Part shown: one piece after another, positions 12,091 to 24,258 of the stretch
Numbering within the stretch: position 1 is the stretch's first letter
Layout of the letters: every line of letters begins with the position of its first letter
Assembly: GCA_010093995.1 (NCBI GenBank)
Contig: ML992512.1
Span: 529,736-574,182, forward strand
Direction of reading: 5' to 3'
Length of the DNA stretch: 44,447 nt
Source of the DNA: Elsinoe ampelina
Taxonomy: Eukaryota
The notes under the pieces: model-generated
What the model was told of the DNA's origin: nothing
Database searches by the model: none
Seen by the model: only the letters and a program-made list of their open reading frames with translations
Translations under genes and position numbers: made by a program

Positions 12091-13416
12091 CTAGGACAGG
12101 TGTTGAGCGCCGTGGATGTGACGGGCGAGATGCCTCTTGTTCTTGGACTTGGCCCAGGTGATGGCGCCTTGTGAGCACATGGTGCCTGGAGCGACGGCCT
12201 GGGCGATGGCGCATCCGTTGTAGTCGCAGATACCGAAGTGGTTGTCATCGACGCAGACGACGCTGTTCACGCCGATGCAAGAGACGCTGCCGGCGGCGCA
12301 AGAGCCAGCGGTGGCAGATGGCATGGGGAGGGAGACGGCGCCAGTACCGGTGCTGCCAGCCTTGGTCTTCTTGGGCTTCTTGGACTTGGTGGTCTTGGTA
12401 GCGACGGGTCGCTTGCGGATGGTGCTAGTGTTGGGGCCGCCAGTGGTGCCTGGTGCAGCAGCGCTGGTCTGGAGGGTTGTGGATGGCTGGGAAGGAACAG
12501 GAGCCTGGCTGCTCGGTGCTGAGTCGGATGAAGGAGCAGGGGCAGCAGCAGAGGTGGTTGCGGGCTGGGAAGGAGCAGCAGCGGAGGTGCTTGGCTGAGG
12601 AGCACCAGTGGCATAGCTGCCAGTTGGGCATCCATCAGGAGTCTTGAGGGGGTAGTCGGAGGCAGAAGCGATGCGCATGTTGGGAGAAGCGACCTTCTTC
12701 ATGGCATACTTGCCTGGATTGGGAAAGCCGACGTTGGTCATCTCGGTGGTCTTGCAGGTACCGCCACCGACGGAAGCAAGGTTGGCGACGAACATGGGAG
12801 GGAAATCCTGGAGACCGGAGGCATCGGAAGCACCACCCTGGATGTTGACGGCAGCGCAGTTCATGTACATCTCGCGGTTGCCGATAGTGTTGAACCAGGT
12901 CCAAGCGAGAGTGGCCTGGCCGGTTTTGACACCCTCTGGGATAGTGAAGCGGAAAGCATTCACACAGTCGTAGCCGTTGGTGGTGGCGTCGCTGCACTGC
13001 CAGGAGCCGCTGTAACCACCGGATGGACCCTGGTAGCTGTCGGCAAGGTTGCCCCTGGAGTTGGTGGGGCAGCCTCCCTCAATGGAGTAGAGCACCCTCC
13101 AGCTATTAGGGTCCTTGAGCTTGGCTGGGTCGGTCTCGTAGGTGATGGAAACCTGGCAAGAACCACCGCCGTGGACGGCAGTGTTCTCGTGGGAGGCACC
13201 GGAGTCGAAGATCAGATCCTGCTGAGAACCGACAGCCATGTCAACACCGCCAGCTCCGGGAGGTGCGACGCCGTGGCAAGGGAAGTCAGACCCAGAGGGG
13301 TCGAGAGGGTTCTTGATCGCATTGCCCTGGATTGGCTTGGGCACCTGCATGAACAAGTGGGCGGAGGCGGAGGAGATGAGGGCGAATGTCGCCGCAGCAG
13401 TGGTAGCGTACTTCAT
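12091..13416 (-). CDS. AA11 lytic polysaccharide monooxygenase (chitin-active family) with S/T/P/A linker and C-terminal Cys-rich (X278-like) module, 441 aa
   Basis: Signal peptide MKYATTAAATFALISSASA followed directly by His1, second His in AVHGGGSCQ and axial Tyr in WTWFN..GNREMYMNCA. The true start is 13416, not 13668. Confidence 0.92.
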   Translation of the reverse strand: MKYATTAAATFALISSASAHLFMQVPKPIQGNAIKNPLDPSGSDFPCHGVAPPGAGGVDMAVGSQQDLIFDSGASHENTAVHGGGSCQVSITYETDPAKLKDPNSWRVLYSIEGGCPTNSRGNLADSYQGPSGGYSGSWQCSDATTNGYDCVNAFRFTIPEGVKTGQATLAWTWFNTIGNREMYMNCAAVNIQGGASDASGLQDFPPMFVANLASVGGGTCKTTEMTNVGFPNPGKYAMKKVASPNMRIASASDYPLKTPDGCPTGSYATGAPQPSTSAAAPSQPATTSAAAPAPSSDSAPSSQAPVPSQPSTTLQTSAAAPGTTGGPNTSTIRKRPVATKTTKSKKPKKTKAGSTGTGAVSLPMPSATAGSCAAGSVSCIGVNSVVCVDDNHFGICDYNGCAIAQAVAPGTMCSQGAITWAKSKNKRHLARHIHGAQHLS

Positions 13417-16254
13417 GTTGAAGATCTTGTGTGAGGTCTGAAAAATGAATGTGCGAATATCACCAGGATAGTCGAAGAGGAGTCTGTGCGACAAGGGCCG
13501 GCCTTGAAGAGAGACTGAAGGAGGGTTTGAGAAAGTGTAAAGAGTGTGTGAGTGTCTACTCAAAGGAGGTGAGGATGGATGGAATATAAGCTTTCGATGT
13601 GAGTCGCTGGAGCTATAATGCGGTGCGAGTGGATGCCTGGTCTCAGGTGCTTGGTGAGTGTTTGACAATGGGAGGTCAACAATGACTTTGTTTCAGTGAA
13701 TGGAATGTGTGAATGAATGTGGGTGTGTCAAAGGAATGACGGTGATTTTGAACCTGCAAAGATCGAGTTTGTCGCGTACGCGCTGGGTGGACGAAAAAAG
13801 AGTGGTCGGCGGGCAGTCGACGTTGTATTATACGATACGGGACGGTGGGCCCACGCGTCTGGAGTCTGGGAGACAGGAATCACAATCCCTTGTCCAGCCG
13901 CCGTTGCGCTCTCCTCGCCCGTCCTGAAACGGCCATGTACATAGTCTGGCCTACATTGTGCGCTGTCCAGGCGCATGAGTGGATGGATGCATCCAAGCAA
14001 GGGGCATACCCGGCATTGACTGGCGTGGACCGAGGGTCCCCGCAGCGCCAGATCCCAGATTCTTTCCCGGTACAGTAGGTACAGCTCACGGCGCTCGCCA
14101 GCATGTGACGATGTGGGCTCTGAAAATTTACAAGCGTGTGCGCCCTTCGCCAATAGCCACCCCGGCTCGCACATGCAACGGACACAGCGGACCAAACGGC
14201 GGGCGCAAGGGCATCCAGAAGACCCCCCATCACATTCTCGCAGTATGAAGTCCACTCGAACAAGCCGTCGTCGAAGCCTCTACTACGCGCCATGTGGTGA
14301 TCGGGTGTTTCAGAAGGCATCTGGCCGACTTGATGGAAGCCAATTCCCCTGAACCAAAGAACAGGCGGACCCAAAGTCTACCAAAGTCTCCACTTTCTGG
14401 GAGCAGATCCTCCAGCGATCACAGAATTTGGACTGCGCAGGGGTATGCACTGGCGTTGACATTCGTCCAATCACACCCGCGCCCGCTCCTTCTTTTTCCA
14501 CGGCTTGTGGCTCTAGCTTCCGCATCCAGGAACACTTTTCGAATCCCTGTCCCTCCATTGGTTCTCACAATTTCATCCCATCCAGACGGACACTCCTCAC
14601 AGACGTATCAGATATCCCCCGTCCCTGCGAACGACAGGGCCTTATTGCTACCTCACGTACCTCTTGATCACCTATCAACCCCAGCGCACATGCATTACCT
14701 TGGACATCCTCCCCACGAAAGCCATAGAACCTTCGGCGCATCCGAAATGATGACTGGTTGGTACAGTACCTACATCCTGGCCCATCTTCAGAAGCCGTGG
14801 GACTGGGATCCGTGTACAGTAGCGCCGACCCTCTATGCGGCCGGGTCGTCTTCCATGCATCATTCTGTGCCGTTGACCGTAGCTTGCATCGACCCATCTC
14901 GAGCAGGAAAAGGACATGGCCTGTTTCCACAGCCCAGGCGCATCGCGGTACTCTCCCGGCCACATCCAGCTCGCACAACGCGAGACCGTTGATCTGCACA
15001 GCCTGAACACGACAGACCGTTTCGTCGTCGCCGTCAACAACGCGAGAACGATGAGCAACACGACTGGCGTGCTCGGCCGCACAGCCGAATACTCTACGTG
15101 CTGAGAGTCCGACTGCTAGCCCTCGGTTGTGTCACAGGGTTCATCGTTGTCCCGCCACAACCTTCCGATGCCAGGGATGGACGGTACGTGCCCCATCTCA
15201 CTATCGACAGGAGTGTTTCTCATCTATCGATTGTCCTCGCGCACAAGCTTTACCGTGACTACCATACGATACAGTAGTGAGTAGACTATGTGCAGCGCAA
15301 TGTAACGTCGTCGGCATCGGTGAGTTGGTTGTTCCCTGCTCCTGTCATTTCATCGTATGCACTAGCACTCGTCATCTGAATGATCGCGACAAATCCTTGT
15401 TGGCTTCCTTTTTTTCCTTCGCGCGCGGAAATACGGATCTTCGTCCTGCAGCGCCGCTGGCAGGCGGGCTGGCAGGTAGGGCTGGATGCTGACGAGATGT
15501 TGCTGCAACGGTCGACCGTCGCCCGTCGCCTTGGTGCTCGTCATGACTTGCTCCGGCGGCAGTCTCTTGCACTTCTGCCTTTGTTCGTGGGTTATTCTAC
15601 GGTGCATACCAGTGGCTGGACGGCCTCTGTCATGGAGGGTAGTGAGGCTGGCGATACGAAGGCACCTCTACAGTACACCAACCTGTCAAAATGTCATGAC
15701 AATCTTTGTCAAAGTCGTCGGTGGCACGACGACCGCAAGAATGGGCCGGGCTTTGATCCTTCGGCCTGGATCCCCTCGTACTGTTACCCCTTGCTGCTTC
15801 GCCGTTGATACCCTCCAGCATGTCCGTTGCTGCTGCAGTAGTCCAGCCACTTGGCCACGTCAGATGATGGGCAGACTTGAGGGAGGACTGTTACAACAGG
15901 TGAGGTGCAGGTTGGGGATCTATTTCTGGTGCGAGAGATCGGGGCGTCGATGGCTTGGGCATCGTTGGATCGTGGGTGGCGGACAAGCATTGAGGCGAAT
16001 TCACGATAAGTTGTCTGGCTTTGCACATTTTGTCCCTCTTCTCATGGTCACATTGCAACACTGAGGAATAGTGTTTGCCACATGATGAATTTGTTTTGCT
16101 GGCTGCCCATGTCGGCAATGCTGCCTATGTCGCAATCGTCTTGCGCCGCAACCTGCTTCTTTCGCTTCGATAGTGTACAACTCATGCTCACTGCCTAGCC
16201 TAGGTCAACGAGCTCAGCCATTCCTCCAAAGGCGTGGGACAGCCGCTTGCGACT

Positions 16255-18535
16255 CTAGTCCTCAGCGTCCAGCATCACAAAATCGTCGTCGTCCATGTCG
16301 TTTGCTTCTCCATGCTCGACGAAATCATACTCATCTTCTTCCTCGCTTTCCTCTTCGACCATCCTGTAGTCCTCCTCTCGGTCATCCTCGATAGTTATAG
16401 CCGAGTCTTCGCTATTGCCAGGTCGTGTAGAAGCGCCACTGGTCGAAGCTGCGGGTGTCGGTAACATTCTGGGAATGACTACTGCCTCGAACCACCTGAC
16501 TCCATGTCTTGGGACATGAGTCTCTTGCGGCTCTTGACTTTCGTCTGTCCCCTCTTCATCGCTGCAATCGTCATATGCTTGCTCTTGCTGCCTCGCTAAC
16601 CCGTCATGTGCATTTCTTCTCCTCCTCTCCGACTCCTCAGCATGCTGCTGCTGTCTCCCCATTGCTGTCGTCCTCCACCACCTCTCAGTCCCGCTATTCA
16701 TCGTACCTTCGTACTCTGGTCCGATGGCCGTGAACCTCCTCTGTGGCGAGACGTTTTCATACGTGAATTGCCTGATCGCAGCCCTGATGGGATCTTCTTC
16801 GGCGGCGAACATGCTATCCGGACTTTTCAAACCGTATGCCTTTGCGTTGGCAAGCATCTTGTGCTTAAGCTTATCGTCCAGCTGCCAATTTGGCTCGCCG
16901 AAGCCGGAGAGGACACCGAAGAGGAAGGCCTTTGCGATAGTCCGGTCCGGGACTGCCGAGGCTGCGGGCAGATGGTTCTTCAGGATGGCAGCAAAGCGCG
17001 AGGCGAGCGAGAGCCAGTGTGTGCGGGTGAGCTCCTCACGAGGCTTGACGTGCCAGCCTTGGACGATGTCGGAGACGAACTTCGTTATGATCTCCGGCAG
17101 GGAGGAGGCGACAGGAAAGTAAATGGAGAAGACGCTGTTTAGAAGCATGCACACCGCACTCATGGATGCCTCGTCGATGACAGGATGGTCTTGGCGCATG
17201 AGACCACGAACGCGATGTGTAAAGCCAGGGAGCTTGAGATACTGTGGTCGAAAGACAGCGGCAAAGTTGGGGTCGATGTTGCAGATCGCCAGGAAATCGG
17301 CGACAGAGAAATCAGCCAAAATGGCCTCTTTAGGAATTTGGCCCCAAATTAAGAACTCCGACTGTTACATGTCAGCTCAATATTACACAATCGTTGAAAG
17401 AGTGACAAACCATTCCAGCCGGACGCCATCCACCACTTTCATAAGCGCGACGCTCACGAATCTGTCCACTGTAGGCTCGAAGATGATACGCCTTTGACCC
17501 GTCGTGCCCAGCAGCTTGCCTCCCATCGATGACGGACATGCGGAGTGGCTTGTCTCTGGTGGACAGCTTGATCGCTTGTCGGAGCGACCAGAAGAAGTCG
17601 TTCGCGACTGAGATGAAAGGCGATGGTATATTCGAACGATTTACGTGATGCTCGATCGCATTGAACAAGAACTCAGCATCATGCGGGAGCGGTGTCGCGA
17701 TGCCGCCTTTGGTGGACAAGAAGTAGCCAGCGATAAACCCTTTGGTTGCCGGTAGGTTACCTACATGTGTCGCATCTGGATAGTAGAATCTATATACCAG
17801 TGTCGAGGGAGGGGGCTGCGCTTGCTCCCTCAGAGGCGCTCTGTAAGGACCATGGATCATTGCTCTGGTCGCCTCGAGGCGTGCTGCAAGCTGCTCCCGT
17901 GAGGATCGCCCCATGCCAGGTCGATTCGATAATAGACTGAGTGAAGATACGAAGTGACGGGACCTTGTGAAATTCGTGCTCGTTGCCGGTGATCGTCCAC
18001 TGACCGAGCTTTGAGCTGTTTGTGACCGTGGTGTGATCGGAATAGTCATTCTAGAGCTGGCTGCGGTCTGAGATGTTGTAGCCGTCATTTGGATTTGGAT
18101 GTGACTAGTCTGGATGTGGTCCGCTGGTGATTGAGTTGGCAATGAGGAGGTGGGAGCGTCTGCGTTGGCCAACAGTCGCTTCATCTGAGCTATGAGGTTT
18201 GTGGCATGCCTCTCAAGATCGTCGGATGACTGAAGGATACCATCCCAGCTTTTCTTCTGTGGATTGAACTGTTCCCTCCAAGTAGCGTCAAGTCGGCTTC
18301 TCAGCTTTCGTCCAGCGGAGGTGACACGAGCGGCATCCTCAGGAAAGAAATGTGCCCAGAGCGAAGGCACTTGGGTCCAGTCCTTCTTTGCTACATAGAC
18401 AGCAACGTTGAGCGTCAGGCGCTTTTCCGGTGTCCATTTGATTTGAGTCGAGTAGTCGCGGCCGACTCTACGGTAGGCAGATGAGTGCTTCGCATTGCCT
18501 TGAGGCTTCTTGCTGCCTTGTCTGACCCTTCCCAT
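16255..18535 (-). CDS. 743-aa protein with a central ADP-ribosyltransferase-like (DUF7587-type) domain; exons 17411-18535, 16255-17361
   Basis: A 49-bp intron GTTTGT...GCTGAC...CAG (17362-17410) joins ORFs 17372-18535 and 16255-17319 in frame. Motifs LVYRFY, KGFIAG, HVNRSNIPSPFISVA, MSVIDG and spliced GM|SEFLIWGQIPKEAI. Acidic C-terminal tail. Confidence 0.78.
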
Positions 18536-18941
18536 GGCTCTCGTCGATTGCCTGTGGCGGGTTCAAATTTGTTGGCAATATGATTTCGATTCACCCAATA
18601 GTGTAGGTGTGCCGGTCGGGCGGCGTACATATGTGCTTAATGGCAATTGACTTTGGGTAGCTATGAAGCTCCACTCTCTCTGCTCCTCCAAGAAGAACTA
18701 CCTCTTCCTGACCAGGAGTGAGAGCAAGCGCTGGCGGAGCCTTGACACGGAGACGACGATGCTGATGCTCAGAGGAACGAAATTTGGTGCGCTCGTGTGG
18801 AAAGTAGAAGACATGTGAAGTTGATTAAGGTTTCGCCCATGCCAAGCCAGCGGCAGGAGGGGTCCTGTATGATCGACGCCAGGGTATCTATGCGATGATG
18901 TACATAGTGTACAAGTTATGCTTCATATCTCATGAAATTGG

Positions 18942-20323
18942 TCAAGCGGTCCACTCGTCGCCCATCTGAGCGAACTTGAACCAGTTTGGTCTACAATCCT
19001 CCTTGTTAAGCCAGGCCTCACCATCCGTGAATCTGCCAGTGACGCATCCTCGACACTTTGGTGAATTGGGGCAATTGAAGAAGGGGATGTGCTGATAGCC
19101 AATGTCCTTGAACCTAAAATGTGTGTTAGCAACGAAGCCAGCATCGGCAGGACGTGAGAGAGGCTTACCAATGTATCTTGGTCTTATCCTCGAACAGGCC
19201 AAGAGCGATGCTGTGGACAGGAGCGTCCCCCCAGCGTTCGTAAAAAAAGCCACCAGCTCGATCAAGATGCTGGAAGTAGTCCTCATATGGTTTCGATCTC
19301 CAGAAGTTGAGGTCTGCGATCTCGAAATTGCTCCAGAAGTGGCAGGTACTGTAGCCATTTGCCATTCTGTTGTGCTCGGGCCGACGTTCACGATCTGTCA
19401 GCCAATTCATAGCATTATTCTTGTGCTGATATTCGGGATGTGCTGCAATGAACTTGACGGTTTCGGGCCAGAGAGTTGAGATCGACTGAGGAGAATCGTA
19501 GAGATTGATGGTGAAGCCGTAGGTCTTATTGTGATCCTGCATAAAGCGGAAGACATCGTAATCAATGTCACAGAAGAAGTGGACCTTTGGCTCTACTCTC
19601 CAGTAGTATTGCATGTCTTTGAGAGCTTCGTGCTTGTAGAACATGCCAGAATTCCAACGGCACATCTTGTGGTAGCTTTCCATGTGGGCGTATTGCACAT
19701 CTTGCTCAGCTAGTATGTCTGCACTCTCCTTGAACAGGTCATGATTGATCCAGGATGGGGCGTCCCAATGCTCGCGAGGGATTAGCTCGTAGCGGACTTC
19801 GGCCTTTGTCAGACTCCTCGTCACTTCCTTGAATTTCTCGTCGAAAGGCTCATCGTTGAAGAAAGTCCAGGGATAGTTGAATTTATGATTCCATGTCCTC
19901 TCCAGATCTTTCATCGACTGTACTAAATCATTCAATTCGGAGTTCCTGACGAGCGAAAGGATGGTCGCGTTGATACGATCAGACTTTGGGTTGTCCGGCG
20001 CGTAGTTGTTCCCGGACACTCTGGCCAATGGCTCTGGTGGTTCTCCAGTCGCTATTACATGTCAGCAAGTGTACCACGAGGGCAGACAGGCGCATCTTAC
20101 GATCCAGGTTCGGGTCGCGAATCATTTCATCCAGTGCACTCGGCGACTTCTTCGGAAGGTCCAGCGTGGATGGTGCTCGAAAGATCTGAAATACCAGGAA
20201 GAAGAACATCAATAGCGTAGCACCAGCGAGTACGCGAAAGATCTTTGGAACAGGCATCTTGCCACTTCGTCCAGAGGGGTATCCGTTGGCTTCGCCGTAA
20301 TGCTTTGAAGATGCGGAAGACAT
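18942..20323 (-). CDS. GT15 (KRE2/MNT1/KTR family) Golgi alpha-1,2-mannosyltransferase; exons 20101-20323, 19169-20051, 18942-19113
   Basis: Type II membrane anchor, NATILSLVRN, YPWTFFND, SYHKMCRWNSG, YYWRVEP, CHFWSNFEI and GFFYERWGDAPVHS. Confidence 0.95.
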
Positions 20324-21181
20324 TGCGGAGACTGAGATGAGCCCTCAATGTCTCCACGGGTAAAAAGACAAGACCGAAGATGAGGCGGAGGTTTAAGTCA
20401 TGTGTTGCGCAAGCCCTAATGCAAGGTTCGGGCGAACATGTACAAAGACCGCAGAGCTGTCCCGTCTGCTTGAACGGAGATGACGACGCAAAATTACATT
20501 CAGATGAGCTTCTGATTCGAGTTCCTGCTCCGCGCAAATGACGGGATTCATGGCCTTGCCTGTTTCGGCCAAGGCTATCTTCCAACCACGTATGCGATTG
20601 ACAACAAAAAGGACACACGACATCAACAGGATGGCTTTTGGAGCATGGTCTCCATTCGGATCCACATTCTGGACAGATTTATGTGGTGACAGCGCATTTG
20701 CATGTACTGCAATACAGAAGTCACGTGCCCTGAACATCGGCGAAACGTGCATAGAAGAGCGCTGGGCTTGATCGGATGAGGCGCCAATCATTATAGAACG
20801 TCGATTGGTAGATTAAACCGAGCAGACTCCCCTCCCCTCTTCCTCTCAATCATGACTCCTTGAGGTCTTGTCTGTATCCCTGATATGAAACGCACCGCCC
20901 GGTAGGGATATCAGGCAGATGCGCGATTAACGACGGGAGAATTGGTCTCGGAGACATGGACGATCTGACAAAATGTCGAGACCAGTTTGTGTATCAGTTC
21001 AATCATGAAAAGAGCTTGAAGCGACTGTCAGTCTCCTGGTGAAAGAAGGAGGAAATGTAGATTCGCGGCGAAGATTTTATGCCTGGCGGAGGTCGGAGCA
21101 TTGCGGGCTGTGATTGGTCAATTGGCACTGCACCTCGGATGTCTTCAGCTTCGAGGTGCTCCGAGCAGGCCATGTCTTTCA

Positions 21182-23293
21182 ATGCCTTTGCGCCCAGTAG
21201 CGCATGGTGCGCTCAGCATCTGCCCGGATCACATTCTGCAGATGAAAGGCTTCACCATGTCCTCACGCACTCTCACGCCTGGACGGCGAGGATCGCAGCG
21301 GGTCTTACTCCTTCAACGCAGCCGAACACATGCGACCAGTTCTGGTAACGCTTTTTCGACCTATTTTAATGCACACCGGGTAGCCTCCTCACGGCCGAGG
21401 GGCAGTATCAGCGGCAGCTTCTACACACCATCTTATACTCGTCGTATTGTCTCTACAGCATACCGGGCAGCCTCAGTAGACGCTGTTCGTCCTACAGCTA
21501 CATTTGCACCGTTCCCTATCCAAAGTCACAGCATCCCACCTGCTAACGAGCCTCTGCACACGTCGTTACAAGAGCTCAACAATCTTGCTCCAGACTTGGT
21601 TAATCAGTCTCGTCTGCAATTGGCCTTGCGAGGTCTCGAGTCCACATCTCCAACCATCCGCATAGCTATCGTTGGCCTAGGACACGCCGGGGCTCGTAAA
21701 GCGAGGAGGCTGGCACGTCTCTTGGTGGCAGACCCACTTGGCAATGAAACAGAATCGGAGCGACTTCTGGTAGAAGCCGACTCGAGAGACGAAAGAGCGG
21801 TCTTGCTAAGGTACAGCCAAGTCGAAGAAGAGAATGGATTTGGTGGGGTGCGAGGTGGGCCCGAGAACCCGCTCCTGAGGACGGTCGATGTTGACAGCCC
21901 AATACTAAGTCGGAATGGGGTCGAAGTACTTGTCGCTGAGACCAACGGCAACCTTACCCTGCCAGGACAACAATCCGAGGATAATGCTCTTGAGACTGCA
22001 CTGCTCCCAGTGTTGAATAGTCCTCTGGCTGGCTCGGGTCGCGCAGGCTTTGTTCGATTCCCTGTACACAAAGCCATTGTAGTTGCGGAAGGCTTCGATG
22101 GTGCTCTGTTTCTGGCAGAATACACATCTCGAGTCGGAACAAATGAACAGTCAATGATCACCACGGCTTTGGACCTTTCAGTGTCTGACAAGTCGTTGAG
22201 TTCAGACGCGATCAATGTCGGAGCTGCGGAACAGGCTTTGAAGGACTTTAGGCGAGATGTAGGGACTGGTCCACGATTCAGTGAGACATGGCAGAGCAGC
22301 GGCATTGGCGACCTGGCCGATGTTCCCAAGGTGGACCGAACCCGCGCATTACCATTGCCACTCGAACAACATATCACATCGATCCTTTCGTCAAGCGAAG
22401 CAGCGATCGAGAGGTCTCAGGAAGCTGCAGAAAGGGATGTCGCGTCCCGCTCTGTTCCGGAAGAAACCCGCGAGGCGCTCCAGCAAGCTATCACATCCTG
22501 GTCAGAATATGCGCACACCGATTTGCAGGATACCATGGCGGCGGCTTTTGCCTCTGCGACGTGGAGAAGGACTTCTTTCCCGCGAGTACTATGGCGCATA
22601 GATGATGTGTCATTCTCTGCTACACAGCTGCTGCATTCCAACTTTCTTGTCGAAAGCGAGACCTATCTCGCCTTCCTGATCGGACGTATAGGAGAAGCCG
22701 GCTTCTTCAACAAAACACAGACGCCACCAGCGACACCATCATCACCGGCGGAGACAGCCCAAGCGGAGTTCAATCCAATGCAGGGCTTATCTCCAGCTCA
22801 ACTTGCGCAGACAGCGGAGGTGAGGGACAAGGTCAAAGCACAGACAGGTGTAGATCCCTTCGTGAGGAAGCCATGGCCTGTGGGTCTGACTGCTTGTCGC
22901 CACTCGCTTCTGGTCACACTTGTGCCAGCACTACATGCGAGGGCCCAAGCATTGGTACTTCAATGCCTAGGCCTCGTAGGAAGCACTTCAGCACTTGGGA
23001 TCTGGTACATCGTCGCCACAGCAGGCACCGGCATATACGAAGCAGGGGCCATCATTGGCTTGGGTACAGTGTGGGCTCTGCGGCGATTGCAAAAGGTCTG
23101 GGGCGCTGAACGTACCAAGTTTGAAGGGGAAGTAAAAGAACGAGGACGACTCGTCCTCAGCGAAGTCGAAGCAGGAATGCGAAAACGTGTCCGGCATGCA
23201 CAAAGACCACAGATCAGAACAGAAGATCTCGAGAGATGGGCACAAGCACGACAGCTAGTGCAAAAATGCCGCGAGCTTCTGAGCAAGCTCTAA
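21182..23293 (+). CDS. Conserved fungal protein, probably mitochondrial, with two C-terminal TM segments (Mmc1-like)
   Basis: Long intronless ORF. The first ATG is at 21182 and is followed by an R/S-rich presequence-like region. SRLQLALRGLES..IRIAI, VLWRIDDV, a C-terminal TM hairpin and a helical tail. The family name is from recall only. Confidence 0.75.
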   Translation: MPLRPVAHGALSICPDHILQMKGFTMSSRTLTPGRRGSQRVLLLQRSRTHATSSGNAFSTYFNAHRVASSRPRGSISGSFYTPSYTRRIVSTAYRAASVDAVRPTATFAPFPIQSHSIPPANEPLHTSLQELNNLAPDLVNQSRLQLALRGLESTSPTIRIAIVGLGHAGARKARRLARLLVADPLGNETESERLLVEADSRDERAVLLRYSQVEEENGFGGVRGGPENPLLRTVDVDSPILSRNGVEVLVAETNGNLTLPGQQSEDNALETALLPVLNSPLAGSGRAGFVRFPVHKAIVVAEGFDGALFLAEYTSRVGTNEQSMITTALDLSVSDKSLSSDAINVGAAEQALKDFRRDVGTGPRFSETWQSSGIGDLADVPKVDRTRALPLPLEQHITSILSSSEAAIERSQEAAERDVASRSVPEETREALQQAITSWSEYAHTDLQDTMAAAFASATWRRTSFPRVLWRIDDVSFSATQLLHSNFLVESETYLAFLIGRIGEAGFFNKTQTPPATPSSPAETAQAEFNPMQGLSPAQLAQTAEVRDKVKAQTGVDPFVRKPWPVGLTACRHSLLVTLVPALHARAQALVLQCLGLVGSTSALGIWYIVATAGTGIYEAGAIIGLGTVWALRRLQKVWGAERTKFEGEVKERGRLVLSEVEAGMRKRVRHAQRPQIRTEDLERWAQARQLVQKCRELLSKL

Positions 23294-23365
23294 TATACCA
23301 TTGTCGCCCCCTAGGCGCACTGTACAATACATAGATTCCACACCCTCCTGTCCCCCAGTGACGAC

Positions 23366-24082
23366 CTACCTCTTCTTCCCCTTCCCCCCTTTCTTCTGCT
23401 GCCCCAACCCAGCCCTCTGCCTCAAATACCCCCTCACCAACCCCTCCACCGAACCCACATCATGCTTCGGCGTCCGCATGTAATACAACCTCGCCCTCCT
23501 CGCCCGCTTCTCCTTCCTCTGCACAACCTCTATCCCCGTCACGTTCGGGCTGTACACCTTCACCCACACCTCCACCCCCACTCGTGTCAGCTGATTCCGC
23601 AGCAAGATCGCAGTGTCGATGGGCGTGCGGCGTCGGATGTTCAGCACCACGCCGCTAATAGGGTCGGAGTTGGAGAGGCGCACGAGGACCACGTCGCCGG
23701 GGTTGATGCGCTCGGGGTTCAAGGGGGAGAAGAGGCGCGTGCGTACGCCCGTCGGGTCGAGGGTGCTGAGTTGGGAAGTGGTGATGGCGCTGATGGGGTC
23801 CGGGCAGGTTTTTTTGATGGCGGGGAGGGGGGAGGGAACGGGGAGGGGTCGGAATTGGAGGGATGATTCTGTGGGAGTTTAGGTTGGGAGAAGGGATGGG
23901 GATATGGGAGGGAGCGTACCTCGGTGGCCGCGGTAGATGTTGCCTGGGTGGAAGTCTTGAGGGCGTGGGTACTTGGGGGTGGTCGAGGTGGCGTAGGTGC
24001 GGAGGGATGGTCGGGAGGGTCGGAGGGCGGAGAAGGTTTGGGTCAGAGAGGCCAGTGGCCGTATTGACGGTTGTGATGCCAT
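23366..24082 (-). CDS. IMG1: Mitochondrial ribosomal protein bL19m; exons 23920-24082, 23366-23868
   Basis: Presequence, PGDVVLV, GVVLNIRRR, LRNQLTRVGVE..KVYSP and RARRARLYYMR (L19 signature). Confidence 0.92.
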
Positions 24083-24258
24083 TGTGCTGTGTGGTGAAGG
24101 ATTGCGCGATGGGGTGCTGAAGATGAAGCTTGATGTGAAGTCTTGGCATTGACTTTTTTGCTCGAAGTGAGCTTCGGCGTCTCGGTACTGTACAACGACT
24201 TCACGCCCAAGCTGAACAGAGCGGCTGATACACATCTGGCAGTTGAGGAGAGCACATC

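Noticed and set aside
13417..13668. 84-aa N-terminal extension of the LPMO ORF
   Set aside because: The signal peptide and His1 require the ATG at 13416. The extension is 5' UTR or promoter.
14294..16064. ORFs 14294-14992, 14675-15082 and 15486-16064
   Set aside because: No recognisable motifs, convincing splice structure or coding-like composition. They are probably chance ORFs.
21604..22377. 257-aa antisense ORF, and similar shadow ORFs over CDC23, the LPMO and the F-box gene
   Set aside because: These are antisense or alternative-frame shadows of GC-rich real genes, with low-complexity translations.
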